Source: Botryllus schlosseri | Lineage: Eukaryota | Direction of reading: 5' to 3' | DNA: 64,000 bases | NCBI GenBank assembly: GCA_051294905.1 | Contig: CM119372.1 | Span: 17,858,001 to 17,922,000, forward strand | In this document: positions 11,038-23,000 of the stretch, piece by piece | How positions within the stretch are numbered: position 1 is the stretch's first letter | How the letters are laid out: every line of letters starts with the position of its first letter | Notes under the pieces: model-generated | Told to the model about the DNA's origin: nothing | Database searches by the model: none | The model's input: the letters and a program-made list of their open reading frames with translations, nothing else | Position numbers and translations under genes: made by a program

Positions 11038-13152
11038 TCAGTCAATATTCGCAATTTTGCCATGCTTCATAAACCAAAGAACCATATTCACAAAGGCATC
11101 CGCTTCCGCTTCGACTTTACTGATGGGATGATTGTTGTCCTTGTACATCAGCACTTTGCAAATGCCGCCAAGCGCTCTATACATGTTAGCCCACTGAAGG
11201 CCTTGCGATTTCGGAACTCGAAGATCAACATCTCCAATCAGCATCAGACATGGAGCTTTCGCATTTTTAAGCAACGAAATCGGAGATTTTTCGATCATTA
11301 CGCCGTAGTCGTCGGCCGTTGGCAGCTTGTCGAACTCGAATATCTTCCCGGATTCGCAGTAATTCCAATCCGGAATATCAGTAGTTCCGTTCATAATCGC
11401 CATGTTAGTCACCGGATTTCGCACGCAAGCGGCCAAGTAAAAGTCTGGAAACTGACTGATGAGGTGGAGGGTCAAGAAGCCTCCGTGAGAGCCGCCAGTA
11501 ATCAGAACACGATCATAATCCCCTGTGTCTTTGAGTATATTCGCGACTTGCTGCACGTCGTGGACATCCTGCTTCCCGACACGGCCAGGCAACGAGTCAA
11601 TGCCATCTTGCCCAAATCCAGCCGACCCACGATAGTTTATTTGCGCCACCGTAAAGCCAAGTTTGCACAGTGCCACGATCGAGTGTGTAAAACAAGTAGG
11701 ACTTGATACATGAGGACCACCGTGCGGGAACATGACAAGTGTCTTAAGGTTCAACGCTCCGGTCGGTGAATAAAGAATATACTCAGGAGACACATTGGGG
11801 TACTCAACGTTGGGAAGATCTGGAACAAAAGAACGCACGTCCCAAGACATGCCGTCTACGTCTGCACTTGGTTTCAAGACAGTGTGCCATTTATCCACGA
11901 TACCATCTTGAATTATTCCGACTACTAATTCCGGAGGCGTGATTGGATCTGAATGACTCACCACAATGATATCATCATGAACGTCCAATACACGGTACCA
12001 ACCGCTTTTTGTGAGCAATGTGACGTCTCCGTTTGATAGTTTGATGGATACGGCGCTCAAATGTGAGCGGAACATGGACGACATAAACAGGAAAGATCCA
12101 TCACGTGAAAAACACCTCTCCGGCAACAGAATCCGATATATTCCTTGAAAGACGTCTTCACTGTTGGGTTGTTTCACGATATCAACCACAACGCTTGTTT
12201 TCACAGAGAACGATGAATCTCCCAAAATCACAGCGCACATCAACCGCGAACATTGGAAATGTGGTCCACCAATCTGATTTTCAAGATAAAACACACGCTT
12301 TCCGTCAGGGTGAAGACGTGGCGATCTAACAGCTACACTGTCGTCCGAAATTTGGTAACATTCGTGACTCTGAGTGTTGAGCAGGAAAAGCTTGCTTTCA
12401 CGGACAGGACAATATATCAACCCGAGGCGGTAGGGATCGTGTTTCCAGCCAACAAAAACCACTTGTTGATTATCGGTGACCCAACAAGCCTGACCGACAG
12501 AGAAGCCAATGGGAATATAATCCTCATAAGTATAGACCGATTCTTTCTCAATGTCAAACACACACAGAGTGGGACAATGCGCATCAACAAGTTGCTCCCC
12601 CCAATTTTCTTTCCAAACATGCTCATTTCCGGGATTTTCGTCATCTTTTTTCTTGATGTTGAAGAACGAACAGCTCTTTGCCTCCTTCTTCTCGGCGATA
12701 TATAACAGTTTCTTATTGTCATAAGACCATTGGAATGAAGCGAATTGGTCATTAGATATCACGGCACCATGCTTGTCCGCGTCTTTCAAGTTAACATTGA
12801 CGATTTTTCTTCCTTCCGACCATACCTCCAAATATTGGGAGCTGGAATCTTTCGACACTACCTCACGGATTACAGCTTTCTGGTCGCCGGAATTGGAATA
12901 CGACGACAGCAGTACTTTGCTGAGTTCGTCTCCAGGAATTTTGGCTAGAATTTCAAGATTCGGTCCGTGGAATCCGAAAACGGTAGTATTTAGAAACGAT
13001 ACATTTTCCGACCTCTCCAAGTCTCGTTCCTGCCAAGTGCTTTCAAGTTTGTACCGGGAGTTGAAGCCGTTCAGCAGCTTTGCTTTTGATTCGCTTGGAA
13101 TCTTGGCGATGCGTCGGTACGTTTTTAAAATTTTTTCAAGATTCAAAGACAT
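11038..13152 (-). CDS. APEH: Acylamino-acid-releasing enzyme (acylpeptide hydrolase, peptidase S9C), uninterrupted 704-aa ORF
   Basis: Motifs ENWGEQL, RLGLIYCPVR, PHGGPH, NYRGSAGFGQ, nucleophile GGSHGG, Asp in DLRVP and His in NNHPIS, ending with EADAFVNMVLWF. Confidence 0.95.
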   Translation of the reverse strand: MSLNLEKILKTYRRIAKIPSESKAKLLNGFNSRYKLESTWQERDLERSENVSFLNTTVFGFHGPNLEILAKIPGDELSKVLLSSYSNSGDQKAVIREVVSKDSSSQYLEVWSEGRKIVNVNLKDADKHGAVISNDQFASFQWSYDNKKLLYIAEKKEAKSCSFFNIKKKDDENPGNEHVWKENWGEQLVDAHCPTLCVFDIEKESVYTYEDYIPIGFSVGQACWVTDNQQVVFVGWKHDPYRLGLIYCPVRESKLFLLNTQSHECYQISDDSVAVRSPRLHPDGKRVFYLENQIGGPHFQCSRLMCAVILGDSSFSVKTSVVVDIVKQPNSEDVFQGIYRILLPERCFSRDGSFLFMSSMFRSHLSAVSIKLSNGDVTLLTKSGWYRVLDVHDDIIVVSHSDPITPPELVVGIIQDGIVDKWHTVLKPSADVDGMSWDVRSFVPDLPNVEYPNVSPEYILYSPTGALNLKTLVMFPHGGPHVSSPTCFTHSIVALCKLGFTVAQINYRGSAGFGQDGIDSLPGRVGKQDVHDVQQVANILKDTGDYDRVLITGGSHGGFLTLHLISQFPDFYLAACVRNPVTNMAIMNGTTDIPDWNYCESGKIFEFDKLPTADDYGVMIEKSPISLLKNAKAPCLMLIGDVDLRVPKSQGLQWANMYRALGGICKVLMYKDNNHPISKVEAEADAFVNMVLWFMKHGKIANID

Positions 13153-14514
13153 ATCGTATCAGGCTAGTGAGGTGAGGCTATGGCCTCTACTCTATCTGTC
13201 GATTTTTTTCTGTTATATCAAACATGAAATTACCATAAGGGCAAAATAATAAAGCAAATATAACTGCTGGAGCAGCAATTGTCAGAGTTTAATCAGCACC
13301 TGAGTCCATGACAAATTATTAGTCATCTTTTTCACGCATATTCGGAATGCATAGTATTCATGTTGGTGTTATTTTGTGACTGTTCCTGTTCCTATAGTGG
13401 CACGGTAGAATCCAAAGAGAGACTGTTTGTTTACTGTTTCCTTGATTCGACAATCGAAATACCGATAATATTTCAGTATATGTCAGTCGACTCGCTCTTG
13501 CGTCTTGCGCATATCATTCACTATTCAGTGCCATTCTCTGCATGTACCGGTATATCATGATATATTTTAATAAGCATTAGGCATCAAACTATATAAGTCC
13601 GGCAAATAAATCACCTCCCCGCCGTTAAAAAAAAACAGACCGATATCGTGAAAAGAAAGCATACCGGTGCCTACAGCTTAATTTCAGTACTGAAAATTAT
13701 TACCGTACCAAACTTGCCAACGTGCGCCTTTTGCAAGTACAAGTAAGGAGCAGGGAAGCTGCTAACGATATACGTACCGAGCCAATCGATCATAGCCGCT
13801 GAGCTTGGTTCTCGATACAGTTCACTGATTATACCGGTGGCATCTCGCGACCCAAGCCTCACACGTCAAAAAATGCATTTTTAATATTAGTATTCTACGA
13901 TTTTACGAGCATGTATTCATAACATGGAGAACGCACAGACAGCAGTTGTACCCAAAGCAGCTCTATGATTTGAGTTACCATATTTTGGAATCGGGAAAGG
14001 AGGAGTATAATTCGGAAAAATGGTAAATTTTCCCGACTTTGTGGTTGGTTGACTAAAAAAAAGGTCGTCACTTTCGTTCGGAATACGAATTTCCTATTTA
14101 GCGTCATTTATGCCCATTTCTTAGCTCTAGAGGAGGACGAATTACCAAAAAGGAGGACATTTAGGCGTCCTTGGAGGGCATTTTCTAAAACCTGAAAAAG
14201 GTGGACAAATCCTCCTAAATAAGGACGTATGGTAACCCTATGATACATTTCTGACGGACGCGATTCAAAATAGGGGTGCATTATATTGCTCTGCAGTCTG
14301 CGCGTCGCATTTGTACTGCAGCTGTCTACTCGCCGGATTCCAAGGACGGGACACTATTCAGTGCCGACTGTTTCGACGACCGGACATATCAATATCGACG
14401 GTTTTATCATAGCCTTTACAAACTATGGTTTTATGGAACTAGCGAAGGTACATTTTAGCCAAGGTTTTATCGCCACCGACCTTATTGACCTAAACTTCAT
14501 GTCTTCGTGTGTCG

Positions 14515-15547
14515 CAGAGATGAGCAATGAGCATAGATTCGGATTAGGATTTGAAAAAACAGGATTTGTGAAATTTTGACGGATTAGGATTTGGATTGGA
14601 CTTATCGATTTTCTGGGACATTGATATGTCGTGTGGCGAATGGCAGGGTTGTAATGACTCGAGTCATGACTCGACTCGAGTCACGATTTTCGGATGACTT
14701 GACTCGACTCGAGTCATTTTCTCAAAATACGGAAATGACTCGACTCGACTCGAGTCAATCTGTGTAGTGACTCGACTTGGACTCGAGTCAATGCGCATGA
14801 CTCGAAGCAAGTCATTGACTCGAGATTCAGACGGCGAAGACCGACATTTCATTGTAATTTCGAAGCCAACGCACTATTGGGATTTCGTTTGTTGGTACTG
14901 GTGCTCGAAAATGCGACCAGAAACTGCTAAAAGTGAGGAAAATTGATATATTATAAATGCGAACCATTCAATATCACCTAACAGAGTTAGAAAAGTGGGT
15001 TCAGGAAGACTTTAACTGGAAACTGAGCAGTCAACACAATGGCTTGGACTCGGACTCGAGTCATAATACCATGACTCGGACTCGATCCTCTGTTCGCTGA
15101 CTTGGATTCGGACTTGACTCGGTGGGAATTGAAAATGACTCGACTTGACTCGAGTCAAAAATATAAAAGTGAGATTGACTTGCGACTCGGAGCCTTGTGA
15201 CTTGGTTACAGCCCTGGCAAATCGCGACAAATTGTATTCAGATCAGTGATTATTGTACTTATGGTACAACACTACACTACGGTCGGTGCCAATGAGCATG
15301 AGAGGTGCCGCCCTATGAGAAGTTATCATAAATGAAGAGAATTGTTGGTTGTGGAAGAAAAAGTTCCAATTCCTCTCTTGCATGAATTAGCATTTTTTCT
15401 GAAATTTCAAGTTGGAATTGGATTAGGATTGGACAATGGACATGGACTTGAATATACTAAAATTCTGGATTAGGTCTTGGATTAGGATTTGAAGCTTCGG
15501 ATTTGGATTGGATTAGGAAATCGAAATTCTAAATCCGCTCATCTCTG
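14515..15547. mobile_element. MITE with GGATTAGGATT subterminal repeats, interrupted by a nested MITE
   Basis: TIR cagagatgagc...gctcatctctg; contains 14644-15216. Confidence 0.7.
14644..15216. mobile_element. GACTCGAGTC-repeat MITE (same family as 1389-1886)
   Basis: TIR cagggttgtaa...ttacagccctg; colinear with 1389-1886. Confidence 0.85.
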
Positions 15548-16307
15548 GTGTCCAGGCGCGGAAGGACTTGGCCTCGAAGTAGCCTACATGTGTCTGATAG
15601 CCCCGCAACTTCCCGTTGTACACCCCTACACTAACGTATCCCAACGGTTTTCGACAGTGTTTTCCAGAGAAACCAATATCGGAAGGACAAATCTTATCAT
15701 GAATTCAAAACAATTTGTGTAATTATCGAATTCGATAGTGTAATACAAAAGTCAGCAGCTCAGCACATTTTATGATCAAGCCATGCTGTAGTAACGACTT
15801 TTCTGCGTGTCTCGCTTATTGGCTATAATAGGCCTACCCAAGATAGTGACTTAATTCGGATATGTGCATTACGAAAAGCGCGGATAAATTTTTATATTGC
15901 AAGAAATTCAACAAATATTAAATACATATTACAAGATCGATCTGTTGCCGTCGCCACCTAAAATTATGCCCTTTGCGGCCCGCACTTTAATAAAGTAACT
16001 TTAAGGACCCCTGGGTTACATAGTCAATCAATCAAAGAACCATTGATGCCAGTTGTACATGTACAAAGTACATAGTACCAGTGTACAAGAGTACATTGCG
16101 ATGTATGTCGCACGATAATCAAAACAATATGACATTTTTTTAGTGAATTGATATTATTTGAGTTTCGTGATATTGTAAAATGATATTCTACACCTTCTAA
16201 TCAACAATTTCAAATCACAGTACGTTATGAGAAACCACTAATCAGCATACGAAAACACGGGTTGAAAAGATTGAAGACATGTTTGAGACCGCCTATATGG
16301 TATATAG

Positions 16308-16718
16308 TAGGCTTACCATACGTCCTCTTTTAAGAGGATTTGTCCTCTTTTTTGACTTTTTTGAAAGTGTCCTCGGAGGACGCCCTTTTGTCCTCTTTTT
16401 TGAAAATTTAGGTCAGATATAGAGGAAATTGCGAGTGATATGCCGCAAATTAGCGCAGAAGTGAAGCTCCGGCGGGTATTTCGGAGGGAAAAGCGGTGAT
16501 TTTAGCTCTGAGCGAAAAGAAGACCTTTTTTTTTTTTTAGTCATCCACCTGACAATGTGGAGAGAATAACGTTATTTTGAGCTCTGAGCGGAAGTGATGA
16601 CCTTTTTTTTTAGTCAACCGATCACGAAGTGGGAAAAATTTACCGGTTTTTGAGAATTCCTCTCTGAAATTTCTGAAAAAGTGTCCTCTTTTTACATTTC
16701 CAAAATATGGTAAGCCTA
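16308..16718. mobile_element. hAT-like MITE
   Basis: TIR taggcttaccata...tatggtaagccta; perfect TSD gtatatag; related inverted fragment at about 13970-14240. Confidence 0.85.
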
Positions 16719-16748
16719 GTATATAGAGTTTAGACATGACAATATTAC

Positions 16749-17190
16749 CATAGTGTCCTATATGGTGTGGACATGACTTGACATGACAATGACGGTATTA
16801 CCATAGTGTCCTATATGGTGTGGACACAAGCAAATCTCACGGCTCAGTGAAATTGCCCTACGTCACACTTTTCATTTGGTCAAAGGCAACTCTACGGCCA
16901 TTTTTGACCGGCTGGCCGAGCAATAATTTCGATAAAACGAGTATCAATGGAAAGCTGACGCTGTACTGATTCCGAAAATATGAATTTTATTCTGCTCATG
17001 GTCCTGGAACCCCAATATCTGCTTTGTGATCGAGTTTTGACATTGTGACGCAACAATTCTGTGTGGCAAAACGAGAGTGAAGCTAAGAAGAAAGAGACAT
17101 ACAGCACTGTTGCGTCTCAATGCAAAATTCGAAGCAGATTTTGGTGGGTTCCAGGACCACGAGCAGAATACAATTTATATTTTCGGAGTC
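16749..17190. mobile_element. Truncated, diverged copy of the CATAGTG foldback element, with a duplicated left terminus
   Basis: catagtgtcctatatggtgtggaca at 16749 and 16802, then colinear with 36834-37260. Confidence 0.8.
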
Positions 17191-18919
17191 GAGTGAAAGT
17201 CATGACATTTTTTTAGTCAACACAAGATTTCCAGGAAATATTTCAAAATCAACTGTTTTCAATTTCAGTAAACTAACTTATATGATTTTAAGTGACCTCC
17301 TTTCCAGATTCCAAAATGTGGTAACCTTAGCTTTGGTGCAGACTGCAGTATTTCAATATCAATCACATCGCGTCTCTGTACCCCTAGCTCAGAGGGTCAA
17401 ATTTCCTGCGTGAACTGGGTAATCGCTCACATTAGGAATTTAGACGACAGCACGGCCGTAGCCGTCGTATATAGATGTTTAATGCGGGAAGGTTCGTCTA
17501 TTTATCAGCGTCCAGCTTAGCATCAATTTCTTACGCTGGATATACAACGCAAGTGTGTTTCCATTCAGTTCAGCTTCCCTAGCTCATATTTTTACAAGAC
17601 CGATAACTCAACGTACGGGTACGCAATATCGAACTCTCAAGAACAGTCTTGGGCTATGTCCTATTTCGATCAGTGATACTTCTCTCGAGTGCCCTGGCAA
17701 ACCTTTAAAATGTATAGACCTTCACAATTGACCTTTAAACGCCGAGCATGGGATAACCATTGACATTTCAGCAAGGTCTGTAACGTGCAGGGTTACAAAA
17801 TGAGGCTTCCTTCATCTAATCGTCTAAATCAACAAGGCAAATACCAATAGCAAAAATTCTTTAGTACAAGGCACTTCAGAACAAAGATGCAACATGCATA
17901 ACGAAGCCACGTGACGTAATAGGAAAACTGCACTGAAAGTCTTACGAATTCATACCTAAGATTGTAGACAAGTATGCAAGTTTTCATAGGCAAGGATACA
18001 TGATGTCCATAGCGATGCTGAATAACTTGCAGAATATAATCACAAGAGAATAATTGTCATTCATTGCATCCCGGCCCTCTCGGCTTTACCAAATCAAACA
18101 GGTCACAAACCACAACACTAATTTAGACAGAAAACAGTCCTCAGCAGGTGGTTGGTGCATTTCATTAGCACAGTTTTGACAAGTGATAGTCGGACATTGA
18201 GGAACGCCAAAATATTCACGTAAGGAACGAAGTCACAACAACTTGAAAAATTAATGAGCAATCAATGGTAAGCTATGATTCTCAAGTGTCTCATTAGGCA
18301 TAATCCCGGGCCTAACAGCACCTCGATTAAATCTTAAAAGTTCAAGTAGTATTTTGATCACCACAATCAATTCGTTTTCAAATAGCAGTCATAAACATTT
18401 TTGCTGAAAAAACGAGCCATTGCGAAAGGCATCAAGTTTTGAGGGTACTGGTATTCAAATAGGGCCGTGATCGAACCGTTGGCGTGGTTCCCGACCACGT
18501 TACTCCGGTCCAAACTTTGGGAAAAAGCACAGTCAAAGTACTAGTAACAGAAAATCGAACAAGAGAAGACTGCGGCGAGAAACGCAATGTAAAAAAAGTC
18601 ATTAGCAGCATTACAAAAACCCACAGACCGAAAGCAACAATCATTCTATCAGCGATCTTACCACGGGACACAGCGTCGTCGCAATCAGGCATAAGAAATA
18701 ATGCAAAAATGCTGGGGGTTCTTAAACTGATGTCACGGACCAGTTTTAAGGGGTATGTGAAAGGCCGATGTTGAAATTACAACCAGAAGGAGAGGAAGTG
18801 TTGAACATTTGTTTGGTCATCAGTTAGCCCACCTACTAGACCAAAATCTTTTTGGAGCCATCAACTTCCAATATTTTGTATTTGGATTTCAAATTTTTTA
18901 AGAATAGGTCACAATAGGG

Positions 18920-19387
18920 CAGGGACGGGCAACATACAGCCTGGCTCACAGACAGTTTTCGGTCAATCATGATAATATGGCCCGCAGTCACAGCCCCGAT
19001 TCTCCACTACTTGCTTACGATGTCAAATTATAGTGACTGTAGTAGGTTAATCTTACTTTTTCTTCGGACATAAATTTGTGATCGTTAGTTATTCTTCAGT
19101 TATTTATTGTCTTTGTGTCGGACAAGCAGCCAGAGTTCAAAGAAAACCTGTTCACATATATGATCGACCGCAAATGTCTCATTAACTTCAACAGCTAGTT
19201 ACATCAATAAAATCATTGAATACTGTTTTGGTCTCTATGCTTCAAACCTGAAGTTTACATTAAATACGATTAATCCTAAATGTAAGTGGATGAATACGCG
19301 TTCAATGTATCGATTCAGGCATCCGGCCCGCGAAGTAGTTCATTTTCCCATATCCGGCCTGCCGACTGGAGAAGTTGCCCGCCCCTG
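18920..19387. mobile_element. hAT MITE nested in an older MITE (about 18712-19453)
   Basis: TIR cagggacgggcaa...ttgcccgcccctg; perfect TSD caataggg. Confidence 0.8.
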
Positions 19388-20058
19388 CAATAGGGGGTCC
19401 AAAGTAACACTCGAAATTTAGGGGTCTACGCTAAAAAAGTTCAAGAACCCCTGAAACATTCTGCAAACACCACGAAAAACACCATGCAAACCCTGTATAA
19501 TGTCGACGCCATGCCGATTCATACAACACGAAATCGATCGACAAGATATGCTTCGGTTAAACAAATATTATGATGGGCACAATAAAAAAACGAATGAAAC
19601 CTTAAATTTTGAACAGGCTCCGATAAGTGATGGGCACAATGATGCAAGTACCGACCGTTATGATTCAATTCGATTGGTGAGAGGTGATTTTTTCAGGTAC
19701 TGAAAATTTACAACCCTTTAGACTAACAGTTACATCGTCAACAGGAATTGTAGCCTCGATGCTTTTCTGGACATGGAAGAGACACAATTTCTCAAGCACT
19801 GAAACTATCACCCCTTCCGACTAAGAGTAACATCATTAACGAGGATTGTAGTTTCGATGCTTTTCAAACATCAATCAGCCGTGTCACAGCATCGAAAACA
19901 AGCAGTACTCGGTCACACACGATTTTCCAATGCGGCCGCATCCACACAAGTGTAATACTCTATTACTCGACTCAACGCCAGACACTGGATTGCGAATCGA
20001 ACCACTCGGACACTCGATTTTACCCGGCACCTGTCCCGACATCACACCGCAAAATCCG

Positions 20059-23000
20059 TCACGATACGCACTCGTGCGTCGTGTACTCGTTGTACTTATC
20101 GAACCAAACCCCGCACTTTGTGCACCCCATATTGCCGCCTTTGCGCGAAAACTTATCGCCGAGATTCGATTTTGAGTCCGTGACCCAATCGCAACCCTGC
20201 CCCTCGTGCTTCGGCGCCACAGACAGATCAATTGGCCCAGGGTCGTCTACCGTTAGCGCCGGGGCAGAATCGTCATCTTTGATAACAGTAACGATAGTTG
20301 TCGTTGTCTCACCCACGGCCAGACTTGCCTCGGCCATGTTCCTCAAGACAGGTTTAGTGGCCGAAACCAGCGCGTCGTCGTTTCCGTGTCGGTCCAGAAT
20401 GTGCCTCAGCATGGCGGCACGCTCCTCGAAAATGGCCGCACACTTGGGGCACCGGTGCCCGGGAGCCTTGGCACACTTGTGGTAGTTTGACGAGGCGCGG
20501 TACGATTTATTGCACTTGTTACACCGCGACAGCGCCTTATTGGAGTGGCTGTTGCGGTGCCTGGTCATGTGGCTGCTCTTGTCCGTCGAGTAGCTGCACT
20601 GGTCGCACTTGAATTTCTTGTCCAGGTGGGCGCGGGGGAACGTTGTTGTAGCGGGAGGCGTCGCTTTGACCGAAGGCGGATTCTGCAATGGAGGTAGGCA
20701 AAGACGATTATTCATAGTTCTGGTGTACAACACGAAGCGGTAGTCGAAATCTCTTCCATCACAAACTCAAAACGCCCTCATTTTGAAATGTCAATTCCCA
20801 ATACATTCACAATTCAACGATTCGTATATCATCAGTGTTGCATATTAGCAAAAATTGACAATTCTTATCGTAGTGTGTGAACACGGAGCATATACATTAA
20901 AATCGTCCCGCCATATGTGTTATGGTACAAAATCGAAATACGAAAAGCGTGCGACAAGCAGCACGCATCAGAACGGAACGGAACTCACCTTTACCTTCTC
21001 CACGTTTTCTTTACGTACGTTGGTGTGATTCTCATTTTCTGGCATTACCGTCGGAATCGCGGCGCTCTTCAACTTCAAGCCGTTACGAAAACAGGTGTTT
21101 ATGATCTCCTGTTGAAAGAAACAAAAGACAAGTGAATCATCGAGACCGGTTAACAAAGCAGAGCAAAGCAGTCCGCGATTCTACTCCACGTAGACGGAAC
21201 ATTGAATAATACTCCGGGAAGATGAGACGGTATGTTGTTAGTGAGGCTGGGAACAACCGATTCGAGTAGCAGAAATAGCGTTCACATTAGGAATAATATT
21301 TCATTTGTCTTCGGAGATAGCAATTTGAAGCTAGTTGAGCCAAAAAGTCGCCTCAGCACCACAAACAAAACATCGCTACATACGTGCTCGCTCAAGCCGT
21401 GCCGTTGCAGGTGTCGCTTGTAATGATCTGAACGCCCGGTGCCGTAGCTGCACTTGGGACACTTGAGTGGTTTGTCGGCAGAGTGCGTCATCAGATGCCG
21501 CTTGTGATGGTCGCTGCGGTTCGTGACGTACTTACACATCGAGCAAGCATAACGGGGCGTCTCGTCGTCGCAGGGCTTCGACCTTTTTGATGTCTTCCGG
21601 TGACCTCCACCGGACACTGAAGAAGATAGAATGACGTCAAAGTGATGACACTACAAATAGATGAAATTTTTGAAAAGAAATTCAGTTACTATTTTCTACT
21701 TCACAAAATCTAATCATCTCTTATCTCTTTACTTTGATTAATTGACGATCTTAGCTATTGCAAGGATGTGAATGGTTTGTTTACAGGTGATTCCAAGTTA
21801 TATCAGCAACATAACATAGTTATCCACTGGGTCTCAGGTTCAAAGCCAAATTCGGGGATAGGTCTGGTATCTAGCTCCGAGTGTAGCGAATTCAATTTCG
21901 TCAAAATTGAGCCCCCGTCTTCAAATTACTACTGAGTTACTAAAAGTGGATATATTGTGCCCACCGCCCACCCTAACATCAACTTCAATTACGTTGACAT
22001 TGCATGCGACAGTAACGGCCATAAAGCAGCGTAGCTATGTTGTTGGTCCGTTTTACAGTGTAATGAATAGAAATGACAGAATAGAACAAGCTCCTGATGG
22101 CGAATTGAAAATCTTTTCCCAATCAAATGGGGTCACGGCTCAAAACCTGGTGTAGCAACTAATAGTCTTAAAAATCACTCACGTGCAACATCAATTTCAA
22201 ATATTTTTAGCGGCCTTTTTCCTACACGGAAATTGGAAACCAACATATCATACGGAAGCAAGCTTAAAGGGGAGACAACGTGACATATTTCAGTCATTAA
22301 TATCTGATTCCTAATTGGACTAAATCAGACCTGGGCAAAGTGAGGCCCGCGGGCCAAATGCGGGCAGCGAAGCCATTCTATGCGGCCCGCGAAAGGCTAA
22401 ACCGTAACTTTGTTTACTTCGAAGCCTGTTCATTAATGTGCCACGATCAGGCTGCCTACATACCTTGCATGTGTAATCCAGATTAAAAATAAAGGCAATG
22501 TGGTAAAGTATGAGTAACAATTAAATTCACAAGAAATAACTCTTTACATATAGTTTAGGTCAAACCTTTGTTGCCATTGTCACATTACGCATTATACGGT
22601 ACGAGTTTCAAATTTTTACGTTAGGTGTTTCCAAACCCCTAATTCGTAAAACAAGTCAATCAGTGCTCGCGATTACTATAGGACTCATACCTATCCCCCA
22701 TAAAGACTGAACGGCGATGTCAAAAGAGGAAGCCGAAAGCTGAAAATCAAAGAAGGTTTAGAGCACTAAATATTTGTATACTGGAGTTAGGGGTAAACCC
22801 GTCCTTTGCCGAGCATGTCGCGTGTCGCCAAGATTAAGGATTTTAATTATGACAAAAACACGAAACACTCCGTCAAGGAAGGGCGAATTTCAGAAAAACT
22901 GCAAACCTCAGTCAACACCAAGGCTATTTCAGCTGCACATTGCTCGGAATGCTGCGACCAAGACAAGCTTTGTACTATCCCATATATATTTCAGTGCAGT

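Noticed and set aside
11038..13152. Bacterial horizontal transfer as the reason APEH lacks introns
   Set aside because: The motifs, including the N-terminal region, match animal APEH.
11062..13249. Several + strand ORFs up to 214 aa
   Set aside because: Antisense shadows of the APEH ORF with no recognisable motifs.
14650..15200. Regularly spaced GACTCGAGTC palindromes resembling a CRISPR or iteron array
   Set aside because: They are subterminal repeats inside a TIR-bounded MITE with several dispersed copies; there is no constant repeat-spacer period, no cas gene, and the context is eukaryotic.
19884..20231. Overlapping 115-aa ORF as a frameshifted extension of the zinc-finger gene
   Set aside because: No finger motif or obvious slippery site; the main frame ends cleanly after the last finger.
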